Assembly (NCBI GenBank): GCA_951804945.1
Contig: OX638155.1
Location: 5,456,001 to 5,520,000, forward strand
Origin: Podarcis cretensis
Taxonomy: Eukaryota
Direction: 5' to 3'
Length of the DNA stretch: 64,000 nucleotides
Shown here: one piece after another, positions 38,135-51,456 of the stretch
How the letters are laid out: each line of letters begins with the position of its first letter
Numbering within the stretch: position 1 is the stretch's first letter
The notes under the pieces: generated by a model
What the model was told of the DNA's origin: nothing
Database searches by the model: none
What the model saw: only the letters and a program-made list of their open reading frames with translations
Made by a program: the position numbers and the translations under genes

Positions 38135-38983
38135 GTGAGTCATATTGCATGTTCCTTATAGGGAATTTGGTGTTATCACTTGTTTGAGAGTTTAATTGTA
38201 AACAGTGGATGTAATCAAACTGGCATCCCAGGGAATTCAGACCATGTCATCAGGGAAGTAGGTAGGGAGTAGTACTGAGCTGCTACTGCTGTACAGCAAG
38301 CTAATTGGACTTTCCAGCAGCTATTGAGGGGCAGCATAGCAGGATGGCGGAGGCTCTGTCAGAATTGTCTAGGTGCACATCTACATGCTAACTCAGTGTC
38401 ATGCTAAGATTACAGAGTGGTGCAGCATGGCTGAGTGGAGAGAATGCTGATTTCTTTTATTTTTTTATCTTTGCAGTACAAATGCAATTGAATATGTAGT
38501 TATATTTACATTCTGTCCTTTAAGAAATTTACAAGAAGAAATACCAAAAAGTCTTTCACAGAATATTCTTTATATTAGTTGTTAAATTTCTTAGTAATTG
38601 GTAAAGGTTTTCAACTGAATTTTAGGAAGTGTGTGTGGAAGGAAGTGTTTATGGGCTGGATCATTTAAAGAGAGTAAAGGATTAATTAACCACTAAACGT
38701 TTTAGAATAACTTGATTTGGTTCTTGTATATACAGATAATCTTACATAGCATTTGGATACCGTGTTCCTGTCACAGACACAGCTTGGGATTTGGGTCTGA
38801 TGAGAATAGCACAACATATTAAGTGGTGGAGCACTGATGGAACCTATCAGTTGTACAAGCATTTCTTAGGTCTTGTGACTGCATGCTGTTTGTAGAATGA
38901 AAAATGCTCATGTACAACCTGTGTAGAAGAGTGGCATCAAAAGGAAGTTTCTCTTGGCATGATTTCTAGAGATGTTGTATACC

Positions 38984-38987
<4 letters not shown>

Positions 38988-39025
<38 letters not shown>
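38988..39025. repeat. (TG)n microsatellite
   Basis: Direct reading. Confidence 0.9.
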
Positions 39026-39026
<1 letters not shown>

Positions 39027-40848
39027 TAGTGGTGGGGGGGACTATAGAATTATTTTACTTAAATAAATAAATAATATGCACATATCCCCCACACTTCCAA
39101 GATACATATATATTGGAAATGGTCCCTAGATTGACAAATACCCTAAACCAAACATGACTGTATCATGAACCCAAAACTATCCCCTGCCCCCCTGCCCCCC
39201 CCTGCCCTGACCAGGTCCTGTATTCTCTTATATACTACTGATGTCCAGTGTGGATGCAATCCCAAAGTATTGGCATTCCTTTCATTGGCATTTGCATTAT
39301 ATTGTTAGAGATTATGACAAGTTGTAACAGTTGTAGTGAACACTTTGTATGTAAGGATGTGTGGATGTGGAGCTACTTATACCATCTCCAGTCAAGCTTC
39401 CATACTGTTGAAATATAGGTGACAAATGACTATTGAGTCACAGATACCAATGGTAGGTGCCCTTTTAACTCTTTGGCATGGAATGTTTTATTATGGAGTG
39501 TCAATCTGGCCAGGACATACATCTGCACATCCTGTAATTGCTGTACTTTAAAGCTAGATCATGTTCACCACCAGTGTATATTCCATTAGGAAAGATGAAG
39601 ACTAATGTTAAAAGAACATTTGTTAGCATTATCTAGTGGATAATTCAGTGTCTTGTCCCTCCTGCTAATGGCCAAATTCAGTTTTAGCAGTTTAATTGTG
39701 TAGAACAAGAAGCACAACATCAAGCTCTCCAAAGAAGATGGCCGAAAACCACCTACTGTTTAACAAGCCCTCACATGCTAGTTTTTAATAAAGCTCTCTT
39801 TTGAGTTTGCATCCAATTTTCACATGTGTGCTTCTAAGCTACCATTGAATGTTTTCCATTCTCAGTAGTGATGTTTGTCTTAAGCTGGAGCTGTGAATGA
39901 GGCAGCAGTGTGGCTCGGTCTGTATGCTTCTGTCAGCAACCAATCTGGCATTCCTGCTGGTGCACCTGCATGGCCATAACCTTGCCGTGACTGAAGCCCA
40001 GCCCTTTCCAGATAAGCAGTGGCAATAAATTACAGAGAATGTGGCCATTTTACTCCTTTGCTCTGGTGTTTATACAGCACTATAGAGTGTTCAAGGTGCT
40101 TCACATATAGTGCTGTGTAACTCTTACAATAACCCAGAAAAGTAGATCAGTGTTATGATATGGGAGAGGGAGAGAGGCAGCATTCAGATTTGTGAGGAAT
40201 ATTGCATTAGTTATTTTTCCTGATTTTAATGCCAGCATTTCTGTCCTGTTCTTTTCACTGTGGTACCTGCTGTGCTAAGGAAATGTGGTTTTTGACTGAT
40301 ATACCAGCAAGTTGTGCTAAATTTCATGCACACCAGCGTATTTGGTATCACACAACAATGAATGTCATTGGCTAATGCCACAACTCTGTCGGCCTTTCTG
40401 CACATGGATGCCTCTGTTTCCCCAGGAAAACAGCAGGAAATAACTGTGTGCCAGTATATCAGTTTCCTCACTTTACAACTATAAACATTACACTGAAACA
40501 AAGAAAATAGGAAGTACCAGAGGCCTACTATTCTTTTTTCTGCATCCAAAATGAATCTTTTGAATATCCAGCAAATAACTTTGCTGAGAAAGTTCAATAT
40601 TTCAGAATTCAATTCATTCCAGAATATCCAGTAATGGGGTAGGGCAGGAAACCTAAACACACTTGTCTTTCCTCCTCCTTTTCAGTTTCTCACTCTTTTT
40701 TATCCTTAGCGGTTAAATTTGAAATAAAATAATAATAAAGAATATAGAATAATATACATAGTTATCCTAGCTATGTCTTCATTTATAATATTTATAATAT
40801 CATAATAAACTAGTACAGTGTTTATTTAATTTTCAAAAGTGAGGTTTT

Positions 40849-40887
40849 TGCACTTTGGGCTTGATCCTCTGGGTGTCACTGTTGACC
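40849..40887 (+). promoter_or_regulatory. CSE / CTCF site of V7 promoter (CACT variant)
   Basis: tgcac...gatcctctgggtgtcactgttgacc; 199 bp before the ATG. Confidence 0.8.
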
Positions 40888-41075
40888 AGAATGGAGCAGA
40901 AATGTGAAATCCTGCCCAATTGAAGTTGCCTTTCCGTTAAACACAAACACAAAATATCTGAAGGAACAAGCTGCTTGTCGGTGTAAAGAAGAAATGGAAG
41001 TACATTTTCCTTAGAATAGAGTTGGATACAGCATCATTTGAACCAGAATCTAAGGGCCTTTAACCTGCTGCAAGG

Positions 41076-43478
41076 ATGGAAGGAACTCAGAGGCTGTGGA
41101 ATTGCAGAAAGGGAATCTTCCAGTGCCTTTTCCTGATGTTTTCTTGGAAGGCAGTGTCTGGGCAGATCCACTACTCCATTCCAGAAGAGATGCACAAAGG
41201 CTCTTCCGTGGGGAATATTGCAAAGGACCTGGGAATGGATGGCAAGCAGCTCCCAAACCATGGACTCCGCATTGTGTCTCCTGTAGGTATGATTCAGTAC
41301 TTTTCTTTGAATGCCAACAATGGTCATTTGCAGATATCTGAGAGAATAGATAGAGAGGAAATCTGCAGAGAGGCAGAGAAATGTATGTTAAAGTTTCAGG
41401 TTCTTGTTGAAAGCAAATTGAAGCTTTATGGAATTGAAGTGGAAATTACAGATATAAATGATAATGCTCCCCACTTCCCTCTATGGGAACAGGAGCTGGA
41501 AATCAGTGAGGCATCTATGCCTGGATTCCAGATCTCTCTTCCCGAAGCTCAAGATCCAGATTGGGGGATAAATTCAGTGCAGAGCTATCAACTCACAGGC
41601 AGTAGCCATTTTGCTTTGCATGTGCAAACAGAAGAAAATGGTGCCAGACTTGTTGAACTTGTGTTGGAAAAGTCACTGGACAGAGAGGAACAATCATCTT
41701 ACAATTTGCTTCTCACAGCTACTGATGGAGGTGATCCTATCAGGTCTGGCACATTACAAATTCACATTGTTGTCCTTGATGCAAATGACAATGCACCAGT
41801 TTTCAGCCAACCTCTCTATGAAGTGAGTATCAATGAGAATATTCCCAAGTGGTCCACACTTTTGACAGTGAGAGCAACTGATATGGATGAAGGAATCAAT
41901 GGAGATATTAAATACATTTTCCAAAAAATCACAAAGAAAGACTCCCAAATGTTTCTGTTAAATTCCACAACAGGTGAAATCATCCTTATTGGGAATCTTG
42001 ATTATGAGGAATCATCTTTATATGCATTTGAGATACAAGCCAAAGATGGAGGAGGCCTGAGTGACAGATCAAAAATTGTGATATCTGTTACAGATCTGAA
42101 TGACAATGCACCTGAATTATCAGTTACCTTTGCCACCAACACCATACTTGAAAGTTCACCATCCCAATCGGTAATTGCCATTTTAAATGTCCAAGACCGA
42201 GATTCGGGAATCAATGGGGAAATCACATGTTCAATCCCTAGCAACCTCCCTTTCCAGCTAAAGAAGTCCATGGATAACTTTTACAGTTTGGTGACTGATG
42301 GTGCCCTTGACAGGGAACAGGTGTCAGTCTTCAATATTACTGTCACTGTTACTGACCATGGAGTCCCCCCTCTTTCTACAGTCACAGTTATCACACTTCA
42401 TGTTTTAGACACAAATGACAACCCACCCCTCTTTGAAAAAACAGACTATACTTTCTATTTTGTTGAGAATAACCAAAGAGGAGCCATGGTCTCTTCTTTA
42501 AGAGCAAATGATCTTGACTGGGAAGAAAATGCCAGAATAACATATTCCATCACTGATGACCAAGGAAGTGACTCCCGCCTCTCCTCCTACCTCTCCATTA
42601 ACTCTGAGACGGGGGTCATCTATGCTCTGACCTCCTTTGATTATGAAGAGTTTCGAGACATTAGATTCCGTGTAAAGGCTCAGGACGGAGGTTCTCCACC
42701 ACTCAGCTCTAACGTCTCAGTGACTCTCTTCATCCTGGACCAGAATGACAATGCTCCCCAAATCCTTTACCCCTCCCCTCCCACTGATGGCTCCACAGGG
42801 ATAGAGCTGGCCCCTCGCTCCTCTGAGCCAGGCTACCTGGTCACTAAGGTGGTGGCCGTGGATGCAGACTCTGGCCAGAATGCCTGGCTCTCCTACCAGC
42901 TGATCAAGGCCACTGAGCCAGGGCTCTTCACTCTGGGGCTCCACACGGGAGAGATCAGGACAGCCCGATTCTTTCTGGAGAAAGATGCCCTCAAGCAAAG
43001 CCTGGTGGTTTTAGTGAAGGACAATGGGCAGCCACCTCTCTCTGCTTCAGCCACTCTGACTGTGGTGCTGGCTGACACCATCCCTGCAATCCTCTCAGAC
43101 CTGAGCAGCATCTCAGCTCCTGTAGAGCCTCCGTCTGACCTCACCTTCTACCTGGTCCTTGCAGTGGCTTTTGTCTCCTGCTTGTTCTTTATCTTCCTCC
43201 TCGTGTTACTGGCCATCAAGTTGCACAGATGGAGAAATTCTCAACTGCTTGAGTCGGGGAGTGTGAATTTCAGTGGTGCTCCTATCTCACAGTTTGTGGG
43301 GATTGACGGAGTCCGAGCATTTCTGCACTCCTACTGCCAGGAGGTTTCTCTCACTACAGACTCTAGGAAGGCAAATTATTCCAATACTCTGAGCAATAAA
43401 GAGGCTTGTGAAGCAAAGGATCCTATCCTACCTGGTGAAGATTTAAACTTGAACAATGAAGGCTTAATCATAGTCCAG
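41076..43478 (+). CDS. PCDHGA: Protocadherin gamma-A-like variable exon V7 (801 codons to donor)
   Basis: Full architecture with the second cytoplasmic subtype. Donor CAG|GTGAGC at 43478/43479; the ORF reads 57 codons into the intron to 43652. Confidence 0.93.
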
Positions 43479-46297
43479 GTGAGCAAACAATACTGGAGGG
43501 TATTATTATACATAGCATTTTATTTGATATTTATTAGTAACACCACAGTTGTTTTTTCAGTATTTGTGTTTCATGCTATAACACAGACAAATTATTTTAC
43601 TCAATTACATTTCTTATCTTTGTTGTTATATTGTTGCCCAGCAGTAAAATGACTCTCTGATCCTCATTGCCAAGTATATATTATGGTATGTAAACATATA
43701 ATTGATGCTATGCAGCATTTTAATGAACATCAATATTATGGGCACTATCCATAGGAGAGATAAGCACATGCTTAAGTTCCTTCTCCAGAAATCACTGGGT
43801 CTCAGAAATGCTTTTCTTTGGCCGAAATGTACCATATAGTTGTAGGATATTTTGTAATAACGTGTGCATCATAAGAATAATCATACTTATACACTTGTTT
43901 GACTGATATTCTAGCATCTGCTGAATCGAGAAAAATGAAAATAACATACTAACTGAATATTAATTAAGATAGATTATTTAGTGCATTTGTGCAATTAGTT
44001 TTAGGCTGAATCTTCTGGCTTTTCCATTAGTAAATGTCATGTGGATTCTCATGTTCTCTGCCGGGATGGGTAGGGCAGAAGAAAAATCAAAGATGTAAAC
44101 TGGCAGAAGAAAACACTCCCGTATGCAAGGATTAAAGTGAATCGTCCGTATTATGGACCATGAGTGCCTCTACCACTTTCCGAACCTCTAAAAGGATAAG
44201 ATCAAAGACAGGGAGGTGTGTGGATAGGAAAGACTCTCACATAAGACTTGGCAGAGACAGAGCTGTATCTTGTAATGGCTTTGAAAGGCCAAGCACCAGG
44301 GCCGGCCCACCCACGAGGGAAGGTGTGGTGACCACCTTAGGCGGCAAAGTCCACCAGGGCAGCAGATCCTGATGTCAGTTCCTGACATGGATCTTCACTC
44401 ACCCCATCTTCCCTGGTGGGGAGGGGGTGCCATTCTGGGTTCTGTCTCAGGTGCCAAAATGTACTGGGCCGGCCTTGCCAAGCACTGCTTGGCTTTTTGC
44501 TACATACAAAACTATTCCTGGAGAAAATATACCAGAACTTTCCCGTCACTAAATATGGTAATTAATTATCTTCTGACAGATAAACCTTAATCTCTGCTGT
44601 TGAGCCTCTTCCAGAAAATGCATATTCACTCTTTTTGATCTCCTGTGTTTATCTGTGGCAACTTTATGTTTTAGAAGTGCTGGCAGCGAACCTCCCCCAT
44701 TCTTCTGAGGAAAATTTTATCTTTTCTGAATACCGGTACTTTTTCTACTGCACTCACAACTAAGCAAGCACCTTCAATCCCTTACTAGGCCTCATATTAA
44801 ACCTTGCTAAAAAAATAATAATAATAAATCCAGTATATATGCAATGCTGGAGTGCAGAGTCCTGATTTTTGTTCCTAGAAACTGGGATGCGTCATTCCTG
44901 TGGTGGGTTTGTCTGAGATAAAATAATCCCCAGAAGTTATTTTCTCTAGATATTACTGCACAGTAAATATGGATGGATGTTAAAAACTCACCCAAAGGCA
45001 AAAGTGAACACTTTGCAAAGAGGCTTAGACATATCTTATGCTGTGAAAGAGTTAAAGACCTGCCAATCATTAAGAATTCACTCTTTGGTTAACTTACAGT
45101 ATAATGGTATACATACCTACTCAGACGTGCTTAATGGATACAGACGAGGCTTTGGTTTAGGGTTGGCATTGGGGGAAAACAGGGTTCTTGTGCCTTTAAC
45201 AAATGTATGGCAGACAAAAATTCAAGAGGTTGAGCCTTTCCTAGTATGGAAATACAATTATGGGAAAAGTTTCACCATGACCGTGCTCACTCTAATTTTG
45301 TGGTATACCGTGCTCCCCACAGCAGCCATTTTGTATTATGCAATGGCTGCACCCATGGCAGCCATTTTGTGACTTGCACCCACAGCACTCTCTCAGAATT
45401 AAAAATGTGCCCACTGGTCCAGAAAGACCGATGGCGCCTGGTGTAATTGCAAAACAGGCAAACTGTCAGGTTTCTGAGGTGGCAGCAGCTAGAGTGAGGA
45501 AAGGTGAAGAGCAGGCCCTCAGCCTGGCAGAACCACCTCCCCCGCTTCCTTGCTGAGGCAAAATGAGCAGGCCTTGGGACTGAGGCTTTATAAAATGATG
45601 TGAAGCTGTACTGGTTCCCTGACCACCTGAATTTATATTTTTGCCTAGATGGGGTAACTACCGTACAATACTTCTGGTGGACATGCTGCCATGTGCCTCC
45701 CTGCCACAGGGGACCACTGTCTGAGATATATTTGGCAGGTATTCATGGAAGGGATGTGGAACTCCCTGCCCTGGAAAGTCCTCTGGGCCTCTTTCCTGAT
45801 GGCATTTCACTGCCTGCTGCAGGCCTTTTTATTCCAATAGGCACTAATCCTGCCTTGAAGCTGGATATTCTTGACTATATCCCAAATATAGACGTTTTTT
45901 TAAAAATCCACACTGACTCCATGGCAGGATTGTTGAAGTGACTATTATTTTATCTGCAAAGTCTGAGGTAAATTACGATAGCGTACAGAGTCCAGATTTA
46001 TTCTTCCAAAAAAACTCTGCCAAATTCTTCTTTACATATTTGGGGGCAAATGATAGAAAAAGAAGACAATTTATTTACTGCTGCTACAATACTATCACTC
46101 CAAATTCTAGGATAGCTTGAGGGGAGCATCACATGTTCAAAACAAAAGGAAACAGAGGTGTGAGTGACATTTATTCCTTCCTGTATAATATGGAAAGCAG
46201 GGCTAGGCGCAAGGATCATGGAATAATGGATGATTCTAGCAGGTGAAATTCTTGCATTTTATCATAGTGGAGACACATGTATTCTCACTTCACATAT

Positions 46298-46920
46298 TAG
46301 AATTATAGAGTTGAAAGCGACCTCAATAATCATCTATTCCAACCATCTGCCAATGCAGGAAATTCACCATTGCTGATAATCTCTGTTTAGAACTTCTAAT
46401 GAAGAAGAGTACACGACTTATGGATGCAGTCTGATCCACTTTCAAGCAGCTCATGCCTGCAAAAGGTTCTTCCTAATAGTCTAAATACTTTTTCTTGCAA
46501 TTTGAATTCTTTTTTTGTTTCCCCATTTTGGACACATTCCAGTTTGCCAATATTCTTCTTAAACTGTGGTGCATGGAAATGGGCACAGTACTCTGGGTGA
46601 AGTTGTCTGACCAAAGCAGGATATAAATATACCATTACTTCTCACAAACTGGACACAGTATTTATGTTGATGTGAACTAGAACTGCATTAGCCTTTTTAG
46701 CTGTTGTGTCGCACTGCTGGCTCATATTTACCTTGTGGTCTACTAAAGCCCTAGTTCCTTTTCACATGTACAACTGTCAAGCCAGGTATCACCCATCCTA
46801 GATTTGTGCACCTGATTCTTCGTACCTAACGCAGAGATTTAAATTTATCTCTATTGAAAGTTGTTTTGTTAAAAATGTCCCCTTTCTGCATCCAGTCATG
46901 ATCCAAGTATTATTAGCTAT
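46298..46920 (-). mobile_element. CR1 LINE 3' fragment
   Basis: The minus-strand remnant LYPALVRQLHPEYCAHFHAPQFKKNIGKLECVQ matches the CR1 ORF2 motif LYxALVRPHLEYCVQFWxPxxKKDIxKLExVQ. CR1 tail at 46298. Confidence 0.8.
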
Positions 46921-48307
46921 TATTAGGCATGAGGGAGCTGCTTTCTATGAGTAGACCCTATGCAGTTGGGATCTAAGTGAGAAGCCATGTAGGTTGAGTT
47001 TATGCAAGAGGAGTGTGTTCAGTTTATGTGGGTAGGACCTGCGTGATCAGCTCACCCATTACGCCCCAGCTGCATGGAGACTGTTTGGAGGAAAGCAGCT
47101 CCCAAGCAAGAGGCATGCTATTTAGAAGACTTCTGAGTCACTCGGTTTTCTTGTGCTTCGCCAGCTTTCACCACAACTCAAACGGCATCCAGCTAGGCTT
47201 CTGTTTCTGATGTTTCAGGTCCCTACTTCAGCAGGAAGTAGAAGAGACACTGGTGTTTATTATCTTACCTTCTACATGGTGCCTATTTAAAAGCATACCT
47301 CATGAGAGGCCATCTGAATACCTGTAGCCTCCAACTACACAGTAAAGTTACCACATTTCTAGATATGGGTGCCTATGGAATCACGGGTGGGATTTCAGAT
47401 AATTGTAGTCACACCTCCCAGTGGCCATGATGTGAGATATGTTCATTTGAGAATATTGTTGGTTAGCTATAAATCAAAGAAGTGACTGAGTTGATGGCCA
47501 AAGTCAAATTGAGTTGACTTCAGAGAACAACCAAGCCTCCAAAAGAAGAGCTGTCAGTGATAAAGTCATAAGAGAATAATGGAATACAACAGCAAACTGG
47601 AAGTATCTGGGATAGATTATCAAAATTGTTGCCCCACTTCAATGGAGACTTAAAAGATTCAAATCTGCTACCTTAGAATGTAATGGTGTGACAACAAAAG
47701 TGCCTTCTTGATACCCTCAATACATCTCTTGTTTCAAAATGCCAGTTTCAGATTATTATGGTACTAGAATTAATAGCTATCCTCATGATGGGCAGGGTGC
47801 AAGTCTTAGTTCTTGGACACTTTAGTTCCATTAATCTTGTTCTGATTATTGGCTTTCAATGAAAACACTCTGCAGTTCTACTTACTGGATGTAATGGAAA
47901 CTTCTCATCTCAAAGTTAGTCAGCGTAAGAGCCTGAGGAACTATCAGATAAGAACTGAAGAAAGAGAAACTGGGCACATGGGATTACTGAAGGAGGGAAA
48001 GATGGAGAGGAAAGAGGATGCATGATTATTTTTCAAGCACAGCCCTGTGGAAGCTGACTTTCCATTATGCAATCCCCTGCATCTAAGAGCTGCCTGTGAA
48101 AGACAGAACCACTTGGACAGGGTTGAGGGGGAAATCACACAAATGTAACTGCATGTGAAGGTCAAATAAAGAATTAACTCTGAGAAGGAAATGGGAGCGG
48201 GAGGGAAGAATGATTAGAAAACTGCACATGATAGATCAGCACACATAGATGAGCAGGACTGAACTGTACATATCGTAGTATAATCACCTGCCAGATGCTT
48301 GGTTATA

Positions 48308-48548
48308 CAGTGGTACCTTTAGTTACAAACGCCTCAGGTTGCAAACGCTTCAGGTTACAAACTCCGCTAACCTGGAAGAGTTACCTCGAGTTGAGAACTT
48401 TGCCCCAGGATGAGAACGGAAATCGTGTGCTGGCGGCGCAGCAGCAGCAAGAGGCCCCATTAGCAAAAGCACACCTCTAGTTAAGAACAGTTTCAGGTTA
48501 AGAATGGACCTCCGGAACAAATTAAGTTTGTAACTAGAGGTACCACTG
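48308..48548. mobile_element. Tc1/mariner MITE related to family 2
   Basis: TIRs cagtggtacct-tagttaca / tgtaactagaggtaccactg and TA TSD. It lies about 230 bp upstream of the V8 CSE. Confidence 0.88.
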
Positions 48549-48780
48549 TATGCTTATAATATTCAATATTCAACTAAGACTGGGAGTAAACATGAGAACA
48601 CCTGAGAAAAAGTACCTATTGTGATTTTTTTTTTTAAGGACAAAACTGGCTTATATGAGTTATATATATATTAATGAGTTGAACAAAAAGATCAGTCAAC
48701 TGAAATTTCCTGATAATACCATAAAGAATAGAAGGAGATATGGAAGAAAATGTATATTTAGGATTCCAAAATAAGGCTTC

Positions 48781-48822
48781 TGCAGTTTTGTATTGAGCCT
48801 CATGGTGTCGCTGTTCACCAAT
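48781..48822 (+). promoter_or_regulatory. CSE / CTCF site of V8 promoter (CGCT + CCAAT)
   Basis: tgcagttttgtattgagcctcatggtgtcgctgttcaccaat; 245 bp before the ATG. Confidence 0.85.
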
Positions 48823-49053
48823 AAGGAAAAAAAGTAAAAGATCTAGCCTCACAGCCTTAGCTATTACAATGCAGCACACAATAACTGAGGCAAGGCTGAA
48901 CATGACAGTACAGAAAGCAAAACTGAAGGAAGTTTTGCTTAGAAACAATTTGGCTATTTTGAACTGGAACTAGGAGCAGAACAAAGGGAACACCAGAAAC
49001 CAATCATTAGAGCTTTTGAACAGAACCAGCATTTTTTATCCTGGTACAAAATC

Positions 49054-51456
49054 ATGGAAGAAACCCAGAGACTCGGGAGTTGCAGAAAAGGAATCCTTCA
49101 ATGCCTTGTCATGGTGACTATCTGGAAGCTAATTTCTGGGCAGATCCGCTATTCCATTCCTGAGGAGATGCAGAAAGGCTCTTTTGTGGGGAATGTTGCA
49201 AAGGACCTGGGAATGGATGGGAAGCAGCTTTCAGACCATGGACTCCGCATTGTTTCCAGTGTAGGTATGGTTCAGTATTTTGCTTTGAATGTCAACAATG
49301 GCCATTTACAGATTTCTGAGAGAATAGATAGAGAGGAAATCTGTGGAGAGGCAGACAAATGCATATTGAAGTTGCAGGTTTTTATTGAAAGTAAATTAAA
49401 ACTTTATGGTATTGAAGTGGAAATTACAGATATAAATGACAATGCACCCTGGTTTCTACCAAAGGAATGGAAAATGAAAATCAGTGAGACATCAACACTC
49501 AGAGACAGGTTTCTTTTACCCATAGCTCAGGATCCAGATCTAGGGATCAATTCTATACAAGATTATCAACTTGCAGGCAGTAGCCATTTTTCTCTGCATG
49601 TGCAGACAGGAGAAAATGGGGCAAGACATGCTGAGCTGGTGCTGGAGAAACTTCTGGACAGGGAAGAGCAACCAGATTATGATCTAATCCTCACAGCTAC
49701 TGATGGGGGCGATCCAGTGAGATCTGGTACTGCTCAAATTCATGTGATAGTTCTAGATGCAAATGACAATGCACCGGTTTTCACACAACAGATCTTTGAA
49801 GCAACCATAAAGGAAAATGTTCCTAAAGGGTTTCTAGTTTGCACAGTGCGAGCCACCGATATAGATGAAGGAATCAATGGAGAGGTAAAATACTCCTTTG
49901 GAAAAAACACAGAGAAGATTTCTAAAATGTTTCTATTGAATTCAACAACGGGAGACATTACCCTTGCAGGAAGCCTTGACTTTGAAATATCATCCTTATA
50001 TGAATTTGAGGTGCAAGCCATTGATGGTGGTGGTCTAAGTAACAGATCAAAGGTTGTGATATTTGTAACAGACTTAAATGACAATGCACCTGAAATAGCA
50101 ATAACCTTTGTACTCAATGCTGTGTCTGAGAACACACCAAGTGGAACTGTCATTGCCATTTTAAATGTCCAAGACAGAGATTCAGGAGTCAATGGGGACG
50201 TTATATGCTCAATTCCCAATAGCCTTCCTTTCCAACTAAAGAAAACAATGGACAACTTTTACACTTTAGTGACAGACAGAGCCCTTGACAGGGAACAAGT
50301 GGCGACCTATGACATCCCTATTACAGCAACTGATAATGGGACTCCGACATTATCAACTTCTGCAATTATTTCACTACAGCTGTTAGACACAAATGACAAC
50401 CCCCCATTCTTTTTACAGTCAACCTACACCTCTTATCTCCTAGAAAATAATCCAAGAGGAGCATCAGTCTTTTCCCTGAAAGCAAGTGATCCAGACTGGG
50501 AAGAGAATTCCAGAATAACATATTCCATCACTGACGACCAAGGAAGTGACTCCCGCCTCTCCTCCTACCTTTCCATTAACTCTGAGACGGGGGTCATCTA
50601 TGCTCTGAGTTCTTTTGACTATGAAGAGATCAGAGAGATGAAGTTCCTGGTCAAGGCCCAGGATGGAGGTTCTCCACCACTCAGCTCCAATGTCTCAGTC
50701 ACTCTCTTCATCCTGGACCAGAATGACAATGCTCCCCAAATCCTGTACCCCTCCCCTCCCACTGACGGCTCCACAGGGATAGAGCTGGCCCCTCGCTCCT
50801 CTGAGCCAGGCTACCTGGTCACTAAGGTGGTGGCCGTGGATGCGGACTCTGGCCAGAATGCCTGGCTCTCCTACCAGCTGATCAAGGCCACTGAGCCAGG
50901 GCTCTTCACTCTGGGGCTCCACACGGGAGAGATCAGGACAGCCCGCTTCTTTCTGGAGAAAGATGCCCTCAAGCAAAGCCTGGTGGTTTTAGTGAAGGAC
51001 AATGGGCAGCCACCTCTCTCTGCTTCAGCCACTCTGACTGTGGTGCTGGCTGACACCATCCCTGCAATCCTCTCAGACCTGAGCAGCATCTCAGCTCCTG
51101 TAGAGCCTCCGTCTGACCTCACTTTCTACCTGGTCCTTGCAGTGGCTTTTGTCTCCTGCTTGTTCTTCACTTTCCTCCTTGTATTATTGGCCATCAAGTT
51201 GCACAGGTGGCGAAATTCTCAGCTGCTTGAGTCGGGGAGTGTGAATTTCAGTGGCGCTCCTATCTCACAGTTTGTGGGGATTGACGGAGTCCGAGCATTT
51301 CTGCACTCCTACTGCCAGGAGGTTTCTCTCACTACAGACTCTAGGAAGGCAAATTATTCCAATACTCTGAGCAATAAAGAAGTTTGTGAGGCAAAGGATC
51401 CGATCCTACCTGGTGAAGATTTAAACTTGAACAATGAAGGCTTAATCGTAGTCCAG
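49054..51456 (+). CDS. PCDHGA: Protocadherin gamma-A-like variable exon V8 (801 codons to donor)
   Basis: Full architecture with a V7-type cytoplasmic segment. Donor CAG|GTGAGC at 51456/51457; unspliced stop at 51474. Confidence 0.93.

Noticed and set aside
44035-44760. LTR-like segment between V7 and V8
   Set aside because: The composition is suggestive, but I could not find matching TG...CA ends with a TSD.
49694-49713. Possible exonic CTCF site in the TATDGG codons (actgatgggggcg), by analogy with Pcdh-alpha exonic sites
   Set aside because: Weak match, explained by the protein motif and not conserved at synonymous positions in the other exons.
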